57,605 nt of DNA. Source: Fluviicola sp. (GTDB taxonomy: Bacteria; Bacteroidota; Bacteroidia; Flavobacteriales_D; Crocinitomicaceae). Position numbers and translations under genes: made by a program. Location of the stretch: the NCBI GenBank assembly GCA_044377135.1, contig JBILJP010000001.1, positions 1-57,605 on the forward strand. The letters run 5' to 3'. The notes below the pieces were generated by a model. It ran no database searches and was not told where the DNA came from. It saw nothing but the letters and a program-made list of their open reading frames with translations. Below, one piece after another: positions 11,480 through 20,649 of the stretch; position 1 is the first letter of the stretch, and every line of letters begins with the position of its first letter.

Positions 11480-11527
11480 CGGGAAATAATGATTTTCGAC
11501 TTTTTCTTTGAAAATCATTATTTCCCG
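11480..11527. terminator. Bidirectional terminator between lmuB and the integrase
   Basis: Perfect 18-bp inverted repeat cgggaaataatgattttc / gaaaatcattatttcccg between convergent genes. Confidence 0.7.
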
Positions 11528-11541
11528 CAAAAAAGGCTGTC

Positions 11542-12849
11542 CTAGAAAATTGAAAAATCCTTACAAGCGGCCACCAATCGCTGATCATTCACATAATGAT
11601 CTTTGAGAACCTGTATTCCGGAGTGGTCGCTGATCATTGGTGCCTTATCTCCGAAATGTTCTACCAAAGCAGTCAGATATGTTTTCCGCAGGTGTTTTAA
11701 CTGCACATCTTTCTTAATACCCGTTCGTTGCCAATAAAAAGTAAAGGATCGGGATACCAGTTCAATCAAAGTATTCCGTGATGCCGTTTCTTCCTGTCCG
11801 ATTAAAAAACGATCCGTTCCTATGTGTTGCTCAAGACCCAATTCCTTCAGTAGTAACATCAACCCTTTGGTGATGGGGATGCTTTTTACATCTTTGGAAA
11901 TATCGCTACCACCCTTGATTCTATTAACCTTGTAATTCTCCACTTTCAAAAACAGCGGTTCAGAATTGTCTCCAAATACGATGTCGGAGAACTGGAGGCA
12001 CATAAACTCCTCTCTTCTCAGTCCGGTTTCAAGGGCTAGTTGAAAGCATTGTTTTAGCCATGGTTTAAAGCGATTCTTCTTTTCGCCCGAAGGCAACACA
12101 TGATAACTGTTCTCTGGTGTGATTGCATCCAATAGAGCTTGGAACTCCTCTCTTGACACAATGGTCTTATCCCTGTTCTCTATTCTGCGTTGAACGAACC
12201 TAAAGGGATTTGAAATTTCATATTTCTTTTGATTGATCAGCCAATCTAAGAACTGTCGAAACAGTGCCATCATTTTGTTATAGGTCTTGGGGGCATGCTG
12301 GAGCCTTTCAAGAATGAAGGTGTGGAAATATCCAACTAACCGATCATTGATCTGATCCACTCGAAGAATGGTATGACTGATGCTATTCGCTTTCATCGCC
12401 TTACAGAATTTTCCAAAAAAATCTTCAACTTCCCAAATATGCTTGTCGGTCCTTAGCTTTACCATGTGGGCTTCAACATTCACATTGTTGAGGTATGCAA
12501 CATAAAGAGCCATACATTCTATCAATAGCATCGGTTTTACCTCTTCCTGTGTCAGATGGTTTGTTGTGGTTTGGTAATCCTGTGATTTCAGTTCCTCTTC
12601 AAACTCCAATTTGAGTACCAATGCCTGTTTCATATCCCTTGTGTTCAATATGCGTGTTTTCACACTTCTTCCTGCTCCTGGAACTGGAACAATCGCCTTG
12701 AGTGTATGACTCTCGGTAAATTGACAACTCGTGATTCGTTTTCCAGTTTCCCCGCATTTTTGATTGCCGATTTCTCTTTGACAATGAGTACACCAAGGTC
12801 GTATTCCTTTAACCCGATCTGGCTTTTTTACTATTAATGCTTGATTCAT
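11542..12849 (-). CDS. Tyrosine recombinase/integrase
   Basis: TGLRREE, KHLRKT, DHS and DHYV catalytic motifs. Confidence 0.93.
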   Translation of the reverse strand: MNQALIVKKPDRVKGIRPWCTHCQREIGNQKCGETGKRITSCQFTESHTLKAIVPVPGAGRSVKTRILNTRDMKQALVLKLEFEEELKSQDYQTTTNHLTQEEVKPMLLIECMALYVAYLNNVNVEAHMVKLRTDKHIWEVEDFFGKFCKAMKANSISHTILRVDQINDRLVGYFHTFILERLQHAPKTYNKMMALFRQFLDWLINQKKYEISNPFRFVQRRIENRDKTIVSREEFQALLDAITPENSYHVLPSGEKKNRFKPWLKQCFQLALETGLRREEFMCLQFSDIVFGDNSEPLFLKVENYKVNRIKGGSDISKDVKSIPITKGLMLLLKELGLEQHIGTDRFLIGQEETASRNTLIELVSRSFTFYWQRTGIKKDVQLKHLRKTYLTALVEHFGDKAPMISDHSGIQVLKDHYVNDQRLVAACKDFSIF

Positions 12850-13271
12850 AAGTCTTTCATTTTTTTCAGAAACGCTGTCTCAACATTTGTTTTTGGTTTA
12901 TACTGATTCTTCCTTTGCTGTAGTTCTCTTTTTTCGGCAAGTATCCCGCTCACATTAGCGGATACATAATTCAAAAAGACTGTTTTCCAATTCTCCTTTT
13001 TTGTTCGTTTCAAATGCTCTAAGTATGGTTTGTAAAAAGCTAGAATGAATTCAATCAGATTCACGACTTGGGCGTTACCTTGTGAAAGGACATAGACTTC
13101 ATGGGTTCTACACCAATTCAGAGCTGAGCGAACGTCCCTGTAATTCAGGACTGATTTGATGAAATGGAGATCAATGATTGTATCCTGCCAGTTATCTAGC
13201 ATCTGAATCATAGCAGATTCACCTTCGGGAGAAACAAAACCATCCATTATAACTATAAAATAATCAAACAT
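12846..13271 (-). CDS. Hypothetical, possible excisionase/HTH protein
   Basis: ATGA overlap with the integrase; DVRSALNWC HTH-like segment. Confidence 0.5.
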   Translation of the reverse strand: MFDYFIVIMDGFVSPEGESAMIQMLDNWQDTIIDLHFIKSVLNYRDVRSALNWCRTHEVYVLSQGNAQVVNLIEFILAFYKPYLEHLKRTKKENWKTVFLNYVSANVSGILAEKRELQQRKNQYKPKTNVETAFLKKMKDL

Positions 13272-13423
13272 TTACAGAGTTTTTTGATGCTTTTTATGGT
13301 AGTGTCTAACATAAGATATGTTCTTCGACACAGCAAGGAAAAATTGGGGTTACAGGCGAAAAAAATGGCACTTTAAGGCGGTTAGGTTGGTTCTATGGAA
13401 TTATGGGCAAAATGAGGCGATAC

Positions 13424-14155
13424 TCACCTTACAACCGTCCAGTGAACGGTATTTTTATAGCCTAGCGTTTTGAAAAACGCATCATAGTAATGCTGCAAGT
13501 TTTCCATACCGAGATTATCCGGTGGAAGCAACATTTCAATACTGATTACTTTCTTCAATGCGGATCTGTTAAAGCTATATTCCTGAGTAAGTTTCATCGC
13601 ATCATCCTTCGCCATTCGTTCGGCTGTTCGTTTATCGAATAAAGGCGTTTTTCGAAAATTTCGGAACGAACTCTCTTGTTCTAAGTCCCCAACATAACAC
13701 AACGAAACAGACTCATAGGATGATGAGGATGATGACAAACGAACAATTTCTGCGGTGAGTTCGATGATCTCACTACTCTGCTGCTCCGAGTTCCCGCTCA
13801 TCGGTGATTCAAAATAAGAAAGTACCCGTGAGATGCTTTGCAGTTTTTGTTGTTCGGGATCAGTATCCACGGACTCCTCTTCCCAAGCGATCATTCGTTG
13901 GTTAGAAGCTGCATTGCTCTTGGAATGAATCGCCATGTATATGATATCCGTTGGCGGCTGTAATTGTTTGTACAAGGTTTTTTTTAGGTATTGCTCACGG
14001 ATAGTCTTGGATTTTTGATCCCATGAGATACTTGCGGATTCATCGTTGATGACGAACGCTACCTGTTTCGGTTCAGAGGTAGAAGGTTTCTCCTGAAAAT
14101 AGGAGCAGGAAGTTACAAATAAGTAAAACGATAAAAGGACAAATACTGTTTTCAT
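13424..14155 (-). CDS. Lipoprotein with vWA/MIDAS-like DxSxS
   Basis: Start reassigned to MKTVFVLLSFYLFVTS-C lipobox; FVINDESASI. Confidence 0.6.
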   Translation of the reverse strand: MKTVFVLLSFYLFVTSCSYFQEKPSTSEPKQVAFVINDESASISWDQKSKTIREQYLKKTLYKQLQPPTDIIYMAIHSKSNAASNQRMIAWEEESVDTDPEQQKLQSISRVLSYFESPMSGNSEQQSSEIIELTAEIVRLSSSSSSYESVSLCYVGDLEQESSFRNFRKTPLFDKRTAERMAKDDAMKLTQEYSFNRSALKKVISIEMLLPPDNLGMENLQHYYDAFFKTLGYKNTVHWTVVR

Positions 14156-14171
14156 GACATAAGATGTTGAG

Positions 14172-15575
14172 TTAATATTCTTGCTGAAGTGGAAAGGGAT
14201 ATTCGGGTTGTTTTTCTTCTTCGGGATCAAAGATGGCTTGGGATGGAGTGCCACCGGAGCGCAATTTTGCGATGAAGCGGAGCTGACCAAACAGTGACCA
14301 TATTCGGAAACCCTTCTCGTAAAGCATCTGCAAGCGCATGATCCGTTGGTTGGCAGCTATGGTGTCTTTGTTTACAGATCTACGCAAGCGGGTAAGTTTT
14401 CGTGAGAGCGTGTAACTTTTTAAGGCAAGCATTAAATAGATCATAACGATGGAATCTGCCAATAAAACCATCCCGCTGGACAAGGTCATAGCGATACCTT
14501 TAAGCGTATCAAGGAAGGGAGATTTTTCCTCCAATTGTTCTTCTTTTACTTGAACTTTTTGCTGTAATTCTTCGAGTCGGGATTGTTGCTTATCCCCAAA
14601 ACCTTCCGGATTCATCCACCGTGCTGTTTCGATAGCTTGTATTTCCTTTCGGATGGTGGCAATTTCGTGTTCAGTTGCTTTATCTCGATTGGCAAAAAAA
14701 TACAGAAATCCGAATACACACGTATTCACAACCAAAAGCACCAGTAACACTTGGATGATTCGTGAATGAATCAACTCACGCCAACGTATCCGGTTATGAC
14801 TTTGAATAAACGCTTTGACAGTGCCATATAGGGCGAACGAGAAATACTTGGTCATAATCAAGACGCTACCTACAGCAAGCCATTTGAGAACTCCTTGGAT
14901 ATGCATGAGCGTACCGAAAATGGAACTGAATACGGCAGATTCATAGGCAATTCCGGCTCCGACAATCAGGAATAACATGATGATATTGATGAGCGTTTTT
15001 CCTGCCAGAATATTGTGTTTTACAGTAGGAAGGATGAGTGGCGATTCTTCAATAGCGTCTATTACAGAATCGACTGGATAATGTAGCTTCGCGTATTGTT
15101 GACCGTAGATAAAAATTGCATCCTGAAACTGCATTTCTGCCCGGAGGTATGGTGCAAGTTGATGATAGGCTTGCATAGTAGGCTCCATGGTAACAATTGT
15201 CGCCGGAGTTGATTCAGAAACGTGATTGGATTGCTCCAATTCCACGGGTGAATCTTCAGCAGCATTCGTCTCTGATCTGGTTTTCAGAGCAATCAGATCA
15301 AGGTAATCAGGGACGGTTTCTTCCCATTGTTGTCTGTTAGAAGCTATTTCTTCGATACGCTTAGTCACATCTTTTTGCATTCGCATGGTATCGGTTTGAT
15401 AGTAGGAAGCTACCATCGGAGGGAATGAGGCTCGGAAGATACTAATGTACCAAGGTCTTGAAATCTTGTAATAGTCTTTTGACTCTGCTTTCAAGTCTTG
15501 CTTAGTCCTGTTCTCAAGTTCATCCAATTTGGAAGAATTGTAGAAGGGCAATTGTGTAAAAAGTTCTTTTTTCAT
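14172..15575 (-). CDS. Membrane protein (about 4 TM) with coiled coils
   Basis: Hydrophobic segments and heptad-rich regions; operonic spacing. Confidence 0.7.
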   Translation of the reverse strand: MKKELFTQLPFYNSSKLDELENRTKQDLKAESKDYYKISRPWYISIFRASFPPMVASYYQTDTMRMQKDVTKRIEEIASNRQQWEETVPDYLDLIALKTRSETNAAEDSPVELEQSNHVSESTPATIVTMEPTMQAYHQLAPYLRAEMQFQDAIFIYGQQYAKLHYPVDSVIDAIEESPLILPTVKHNILAGKTLINIIMLFLIVGAGIAYESAVFSSIFGTLMHIQGVLKWLAVGSVLIMTKYFSFALYGTVKAFIQSHNRIRWRELIHSRIIQVLLVLLVVNTCVFGFLYFFANRDKATEHEIATIRKEIQAIETARWMNPEGFGDKQQSRLEELQQKVQVKEEQLEEKSPFLDTLKGIAMTLSSGMVLLADSIVMIYLMLALKSYTLSRKLTRLRRSVNKDTIAANQRIMRLQMLYEKGFRIWSLFGQLRFIAKLRSGGTPSQAIFDPEEEKQPEYPFPLQQEY

Positions 15576-15578
15576 GGC

Positions 15579-16370
15579 TTACGAGAATTGAGTGTTTAAG
15601 ACAAGTGTTAAATGGTTGATTTCATCTTGCAAAGCAATTGCACGACGCATGCGGTCTTCAGAATTTGGAATAGTTGACTCCTCTGAAAAGAAAGGGTCGT
15701 GGAGCTCATCTTTATTCGAAGAAGGAGTTGAATACAGTTCAGCGAGTTCCTTTTTGGCTTCAAGCAGACGTCGTTCGACAGTTTGTTTCTGAAGTGCTGT
15801 TTCTCGCTCCAGAGGACTAAGTTGCTTGCGAAAAGTAAAGAGAAAAATCAGTGGAATGGTAGCGAATACAAAACTGATGACTGAGAAGGTTCCGGTAAGT
15901 TTTCTTAGCGTTTGAAGTTGACTTTGGTTGAGATGTTTCTTTAGCGACTCAATCGCAGCCATTTCATCGAGTCCACTTGTTACGACGGTTTGATCAATAT
16001 TTTGAACAAGGAAGTAATACTGAATCACTCCGGAAGCCACTATACTGATAATGAGATACGCCAACAGGTAAACTATCACTGCAACAACAAACCACTTTTT
16101 GGGACCATTAGAAAGGATAAACAGCGTCCTGTTAGCGATGATTAAAATGCAGAACAGTATAAGTCCAATGACAGCGCTGACAACAAGAAACCGAATGTGG
16201 AGATCAATATTCCAGGCAATTATAAAGGCAAAGAGAATTGAGCAAGATAAGGAAGCCACAACGAGCGCTTTCGCATAACTGAATTGTTGTTTGGATAACT
16301 CACTGGCTTCAAAACCAGTTATGAGTTGGATCATTCCACCGGAAGGCGGAGTTTGATAAATCTGTTCCAT
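15579..16370 (-). CDS. Membrane protein (about 4 TM) with C-terminal coiled coil
   Basis: Hydrophobic helices; 3-nt spacing to the next gene. Confidence 0.7.
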   Translation of the reverse strand: MEQIYQTPPSGGMIQLITGFEASELSKQQFSYAKALVVASLSCSILFAFIIAWNIDLHIRFLVVSAVIGLILFCILIIANRTLFILSNGPKKWFVVAVIVYLLAYLIISIVASGVIQYYFLVQNIDQTVVTSGLDEMAAIESLKKHLNQSQLQTLRKLTGTFSVISFVFATIPLIFLFTFRKQLSPLERETALQKQTVERRLLEAKKELAELYSTPSSNKDELHDPFFSEESTIPNSEDRMRRAIALQDEINHLTLVLNTQFS

Positions 16371-16429
16371 GATGAATGATTGTTTTAACCCTCCCCAATC
16401 GGATGACTGAGGGAGGGTGAGTGATTAAT

Positions 16430-16894
16430 TTAATCGATGTCGAAATTGAAGGAGGTTGGTTGGTAGAAATAGACTCTGTTTCCTAATACAAGGAGCAACG
16501 TCTCTTGATTCGTTTGGAAGTAGAAGTCGTCTAGGATTAATTTCAACCCTTGTATATTTTCTATTAGTTGGTCGTAAGTCACATAAGCCATAAGCACATG
16601 CGTATTCTCACATACAAAGACTTGACCTTGCCAAAAACCTAACTTTTGTTCTATCGAACAACCACCAAACCAAATTGAGAACTGTTGGGTAAACTTATTG
16701 CGGTGTTCTGTATTATCGAATTGTTGATTTTGACAATCTCTATCGGGCAAATGGACATAAAGCGGGATTCGATTTTCAGGCTCCAATTGGAGTGCTGATT
16801 CGAAGATTGTGGTGATAGGGGGTAATTTTTCTACTAAATTTTCCATGACAACTGTGATTTCGTTAAACAAAACTTCACAGTCGCAGTTCATCAA
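16430..16894 (-). CDS. Hypothetical protein
   Basis: First ORF of the minus-strand operon; FGGCS..GFW..E pattern; start uncertain. Confidence 0.55.
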   Translation of the reverse strand: MMNCDCEVLFNEITVVMENLVEKLPPITTIFESALQLEPENRIPLYVHLPDRDCQNQQFDNTEHRNKFTQQFSIWFGGCSIEQKLGFWQGQVFVCENTHVLMAYVTYDQLIENIQGLKLILDDFYFQTNQETLLLVLGNRVYFYQPTSFNFDID

Positions 16895-17157
16895 ACTATC
16901 TCTTGCATTCGGGCCCTGAATAACTATAAGTTTAGTATCAGAACGTCTGACTGTGTATGTTCTGAAAATCGCAAGGGCTTTCCAGAGCCTTTTGCAAGGG
17001 AGAGGTGTTTTTCACCCTCCCTGTTTTTGCGATTTCAGAATCGTTATGGAGCAAAGGAATAGATATGAACCACAGGTTGCTTTGTAAACCAAGGTGTAAA
17101 CCGGAAGTGAATGGAATGTGACTATATTACCGATGGCAATATACTCCTCTTAAATTA

Positions 17158-17691
17158 ATGCTCCCAAATGCACTGAAAATTTCTTTATATTTCAGAAAAA
17201 TATCCACAATATTCATGAAAGATCTACGTCAAAAGGTGCTTGAACAAAAAACTATGCACGGCCATACAAATGAGGAGATTCGCTTAATAGTTCATCGCGA
17301 GATATGCAATTTGCAAAAACAATACAGGGTAACTCCAGGTAATGGAGTTATTGAAAAGAAATTCTATTCTGAAATATATCGGGCTTTTCTAAATACCGGA
17401 TCGGATGAAAGCACTAATTACTATAGTAAACTAAGAGATAATTGTCTGCTTGATGAAACTAACATCAAAAAATTCATCAATGGTGGTAGTAAAAGAATCC
17501 AAAATAAAACCAAAGATTTTTTTGCTATTTACTGTGGTTTTGAAGGTTATAACTCCTTTTTAGCTGATTCTAAAATTGAAAGAAAAGAGAATGACATACT
17601 CACTAACTCCAAGATCAGCATTACTGTCAATCAGCACGGAAAAGAAAACACAAGCATTGGTGAAATAAATACTGAGAATTTATACCTCTAG
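17158..17691 (+). CDS. Hypothetical protein with C-terminal N/Q/G-rich motif
   Basis: Ends ISITVNQHGKENTSIGEINTENLYL; start may be 17215. Confidence 0.6.
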   Translation: MLPNALKISLYFRKISTIFMKDLRQKVLEQKTMHGHTNEEIRLIVHREICNLQKQYRVTPGNGVIEKKFYSEIYRAFLNTGSDESTNYYSKLRDNCLLDETNIKKFINGGSKRIQNKTKDFFAIYCGFEGYNSFLADSKIERKENDILTNSKISITVNQHGKENTSIGEINTENLYL

Positions 17692-17693
17692 AA

Positions 17694-19238
17694 ATGTGCA
17701 ATTACCGCTATTCAGATTATGAAACCGTAATGAAGGAGAGACAATATTGTTCTTCAAGTAACTTTATTGATCTGCCTATAGACAACGATGGGTTGTGTAT
17801 TTTCCACAGCACAGATATTGAATGGAAACAGCAACAAGATTTTGTAGAGTGGCTGGAAGCGTACAGAAATATCCTCATTGAGAAAAAGGAACTCATCAAT
17901 TTTTCTGAATTTCATTTTGTGGCCGGGCAGAATAAGGGATACATCGATTATATAGATTTACTGAGTGATGCTGATCTATTGAACGCTACATTCCATGATC
18001 TGATATTATGCAATGACATTACCGTTCAAGGAATTCTCGATTTTTCAAAATGCACATTTCATCCCATCATGCGCTTTAGTAATTGTGCGTTTGAAAATGA
18101 GCTCAAGTTTACTGAGATTGACGTTGTCGATCATGCACAAATTCCTTTGATTGTATTCATGGACTGTAATTTCAACAGCACATTGCGCTATGTACACAAT
18201 CAACGGGTCAAGATGAACCTTTCTTTCCAACGATGTGAAATTGACTCAATGGAAATCAGAGATATTTGTAACGAGCAAGAGTTAGGAGTATTCGATATTA
18301 CGAAGTGTGAAATCAAGGTTTTTGATTTACGGGATTGTATTCTCTATAATGCTGATTTTACCGAAACAAAATTCTATTCAGCAGATGTTTACAATGTAGC
18401 CTTTCGGGAAGAAACAGTTTTTGAAAGAATTGAAGTTGAAAATCATTTGAAATTTTTTGGTGGTGATGAGTCTTCCATCTTTGAAGGAATAACCCGTTTT
18501 AAACTCGACTATAAAAATCTGCAGGGGCAAATATCTTTTCAAAATGCGACCCTTTCTTCTTTTCTGAAACACGATAAAGAGCAACTATTGGATTATGAAA
18601 GGCGAGAAAATGGCAAAATTGAAATTGGTTCTGGTTGCATCAAATACAGAATTGTATCAGACGACATTGTCTATCCTTTGAAAGATTCTCATCAGCATTT
18701 TATCACAGAAGTTGGGCAAGCGTTCTCCAGTTTCTTCACGCAATACAATGGATTTAATTTAGGAATTGAGGTAAGAAAGAAAACCAAAACCGACATTACC
18801 ATTTTTTACTTCACGGATGATTATATAGATAAAAAAGAATTCATTAAGATGCTTGGTGATACTTCCGCTAGAATCTTCGAAGTTAATTACCAACATAAGG
18901 AAGAAACTTCTGCTCATCATGATGCTCTCATTAACTATCAACTAGATTTACTGCGTTCTTTTACAAAAATTGCTTACCAAATTCACAAGAATAATTGGAA
19001 AATGAGTGATAGTAAGACTTTCTTTAACGCATTGAATTTAAGTCCCAACATTTACTTGGATGAAAAGTCAACTCATGCCTTTCTTGAAAAAATAAACGTG
19101 AATGAAATTCTTAAAACATTGACAGAGCTGTCAGTGAATGTTAACCAAGACGGTCCTAATAATACCTTTATTGGGGTTGTTAATGCAGAGAATACCACTG
19201 AACTTAAGTCGAGAAAAAAGGATCAACTTGGTAGTTGA
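17694..19238 (+). CDS. Pentapeptide-repeat-like protein with the same C-terminal motif
   Basis: LCIFHS N-terminus, F/L-x-x-C/A-x-F repeats, near-terminal LSVNVNQDGPNNTFIGVVNAEN. Confidence 0.7.
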   Translation: MCNYRYSDYETVMKERQYCSSSNFIDLPIDNDGLCIFHSTDIEWKQQQDFVEWLEAYRNILIEKKELINFSEFHFVAGQNKGYIDYIDLLSDADLLNATFHDLILCNDITVQGILDFSKCTFHPIMRFSNCAFENELKFTEIDVVDHAQIPLIVFMDCNFNSTLRYVHNQRVKMNLSFQRCEIDSMEIRDICNEQELGVFDITKCEIKVFDLRDCILYNADFTETKFYSADVYNVAFREETVFERIEVENHLKFFGGDESSIFEGITRFKLDYKNLQGQISFQNATLSSFLKHDKEQLLDYERRENGKIEIGSGCIKYRIVSDDIVYPLKDSHQHFITEVGQAFSSFFTQYNGFNLGIEVRKKTKTDITIFYFTDDYIDKKEFIKMLGDTSARIFEVNYQHKEETSAHHDALINYQLDLLRSFTKIAYQIHKNNWKMSDSKTFFNALNLSPNIYLDEKSTHAFLEKINVNEILKTLTELSVNVNQDGPNNTFIGVVNAENTTELKSRKKDQLGS

Positions 19239-19380
19239 ACTCCTATTTCATCTTCAGCAAAAGTTCCGGTTTTCAGCTATTTAATTCTTCGCCAATTTCT
19301 AAATTTAATGACTGAATAAAACCAAAAATTTCGGCTCTTATTTCGTCAGATCTTAAAGGATTGTCTACAAAGTACTCAAC

Positions 19381-19535
19381 TTCCAAAAAGTTCCTCTCTG
19401 ACATTCCCTCGAGCGATTTGAACAGAAAATGTGCTTTCGAAGAATAAAAAGCACGGATCTTCCGCAATTTTTCATTGCCTGGCGCATGGATCTTTCCTTT
19501 TCAAGGATTCATAACTCGCGCGACCCACGATTCAA
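19381..19535 (-). pseudogene. Decayed copy of the relaxase 3' end
   Basis: KAHFLFKSLEGMSERNFLE vs KAHFLFKSMEELQLENFFE in 30791-31642; frameshifted upstream. Confidence 0.75.
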
Positions 19536-19553
19536 AAGGAACTACCGTTCTGA

Positions 19554-20051
19554 TTAGTAATCACTTACAAAACGTGAGAATTCTTTTAAAATAGATTGCC
19601 ATAAATTCTCGTTGCCCATTTTAAGGGGAATATGCTCAGCTTGAAAAAATCACACTTTAGTAATTGATTCATTCAGTTCTACTTTTGAAGTATTTTGTTG
19701 CCCAATTTTTCAAAAACATACGATTTGTTTTTCTGAAAAATTCTTATCTATTTGATTCTGGAATACAAATGTTGGTAGGCATAAAGACAGTTCATATCAA
19801 ACTTCTTCTATAAATTCACGATGTGCAGTTTCTATGACAGATTCATCTTCTTCTGTATGTCATCATGGGAATCACCAAATCTGACGTTTGCTATTATATA
19901 CAATCGCAATATTGCCCAAAGCATCAGAAGCAATAACATACACACGAGATACTCCAATCAAATTAGCTCCAGGCAAAATTCTGTCGATACAAATCTCTTT
20001 AGGCTTATTTCAAACATTTATTTGGATTGTCCAAGTACCAGTTCTTGCCAT
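19554..20051 (-). CDS. Nudix hydrolase readable only with TGA=Gly (165 aa; broken under code 11)
   Basis: Hand translation: IW*FP**HTEEDESVIETAHREFIEEV*Y matches the Nudix box GX5EX7REUXEEXG; 7 in-frame TGA, no other stops, ends TAA. Confidence 0.9.
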
Positions 20052-20106
20052 GTTAAGTATAATATGATTTAAATACATTCATCGATTCTTGTGTCCATTT
20101 TAACAA

Positions 20107-20649
20107 TTACAAAATCAATTTCAATAAGTTATTTACAATTTGTTGAGGAGGAAGGTTTGTATCTACTTTAAAAATATTCAACTTCTCATATTCTAACGTT
20201 GCCTTTGTAATTAACTGCTTATCTATTGTAAGGATGTCAATTCGATCCGGTCCTTTTTGTTTTAATCTTGCTATTCTAATAGATTCCTTGACGTGAGTCC
20301 AAATCATGAAATTTGGTCTTAAGAAGGAGTCTATGAGGATAGTTGGAAATGGAATGTCCTTGGCACGGGCTAGAACGATTGTCGAAAAATAGGAGCGGTC
20401 CACCAAAACATAATCATAATCTCTCTGTATCAATTCAATCTTCTTTTCCAATAGCAGCCACGATGCGAAGTAAAACCATATATCATTGTTTGTTGAATAA
20501 TTTTCTTTGCGAAAATCATTTAAAAATCCCTGCATAGGAGATAGAATGATTGTATTGTGTTTTTTTGATTCGAGCGTTTCACAGAGCAACGAAACTATCG
20601 TGGTCTTACCTGTTCCATCATGACCGTCAAAGGTGATTACTTTTGCCAC
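20107..20649 (-). CDS. Thymidylate kinase-like P-loop kinase
   Basis: FDGHDGTGKTT, LVDRSYFS. Confidence 0.8.
   Translation of the reverse strand: MAKVITFDGHDGTGKTTIVSLLCETLESKKHNTIILSPMQGFLNDFRKENYSTNNDIWFYFASWLLLEKKIELIQRDYDYVLVDRSYFSTIVLARAKDIPFPTILIDSFLRPNFMIWTHVKESIRIARLKQKGPDRIDILTIDKQLITKATLEYEKLNIFKVDTNLPPQQIVNNLLKLIL

Noticed and set aside
19821-20072. 83-aa plus-strand ORF
   Set aside because: Antisense shadow of the recoded Nudix gene
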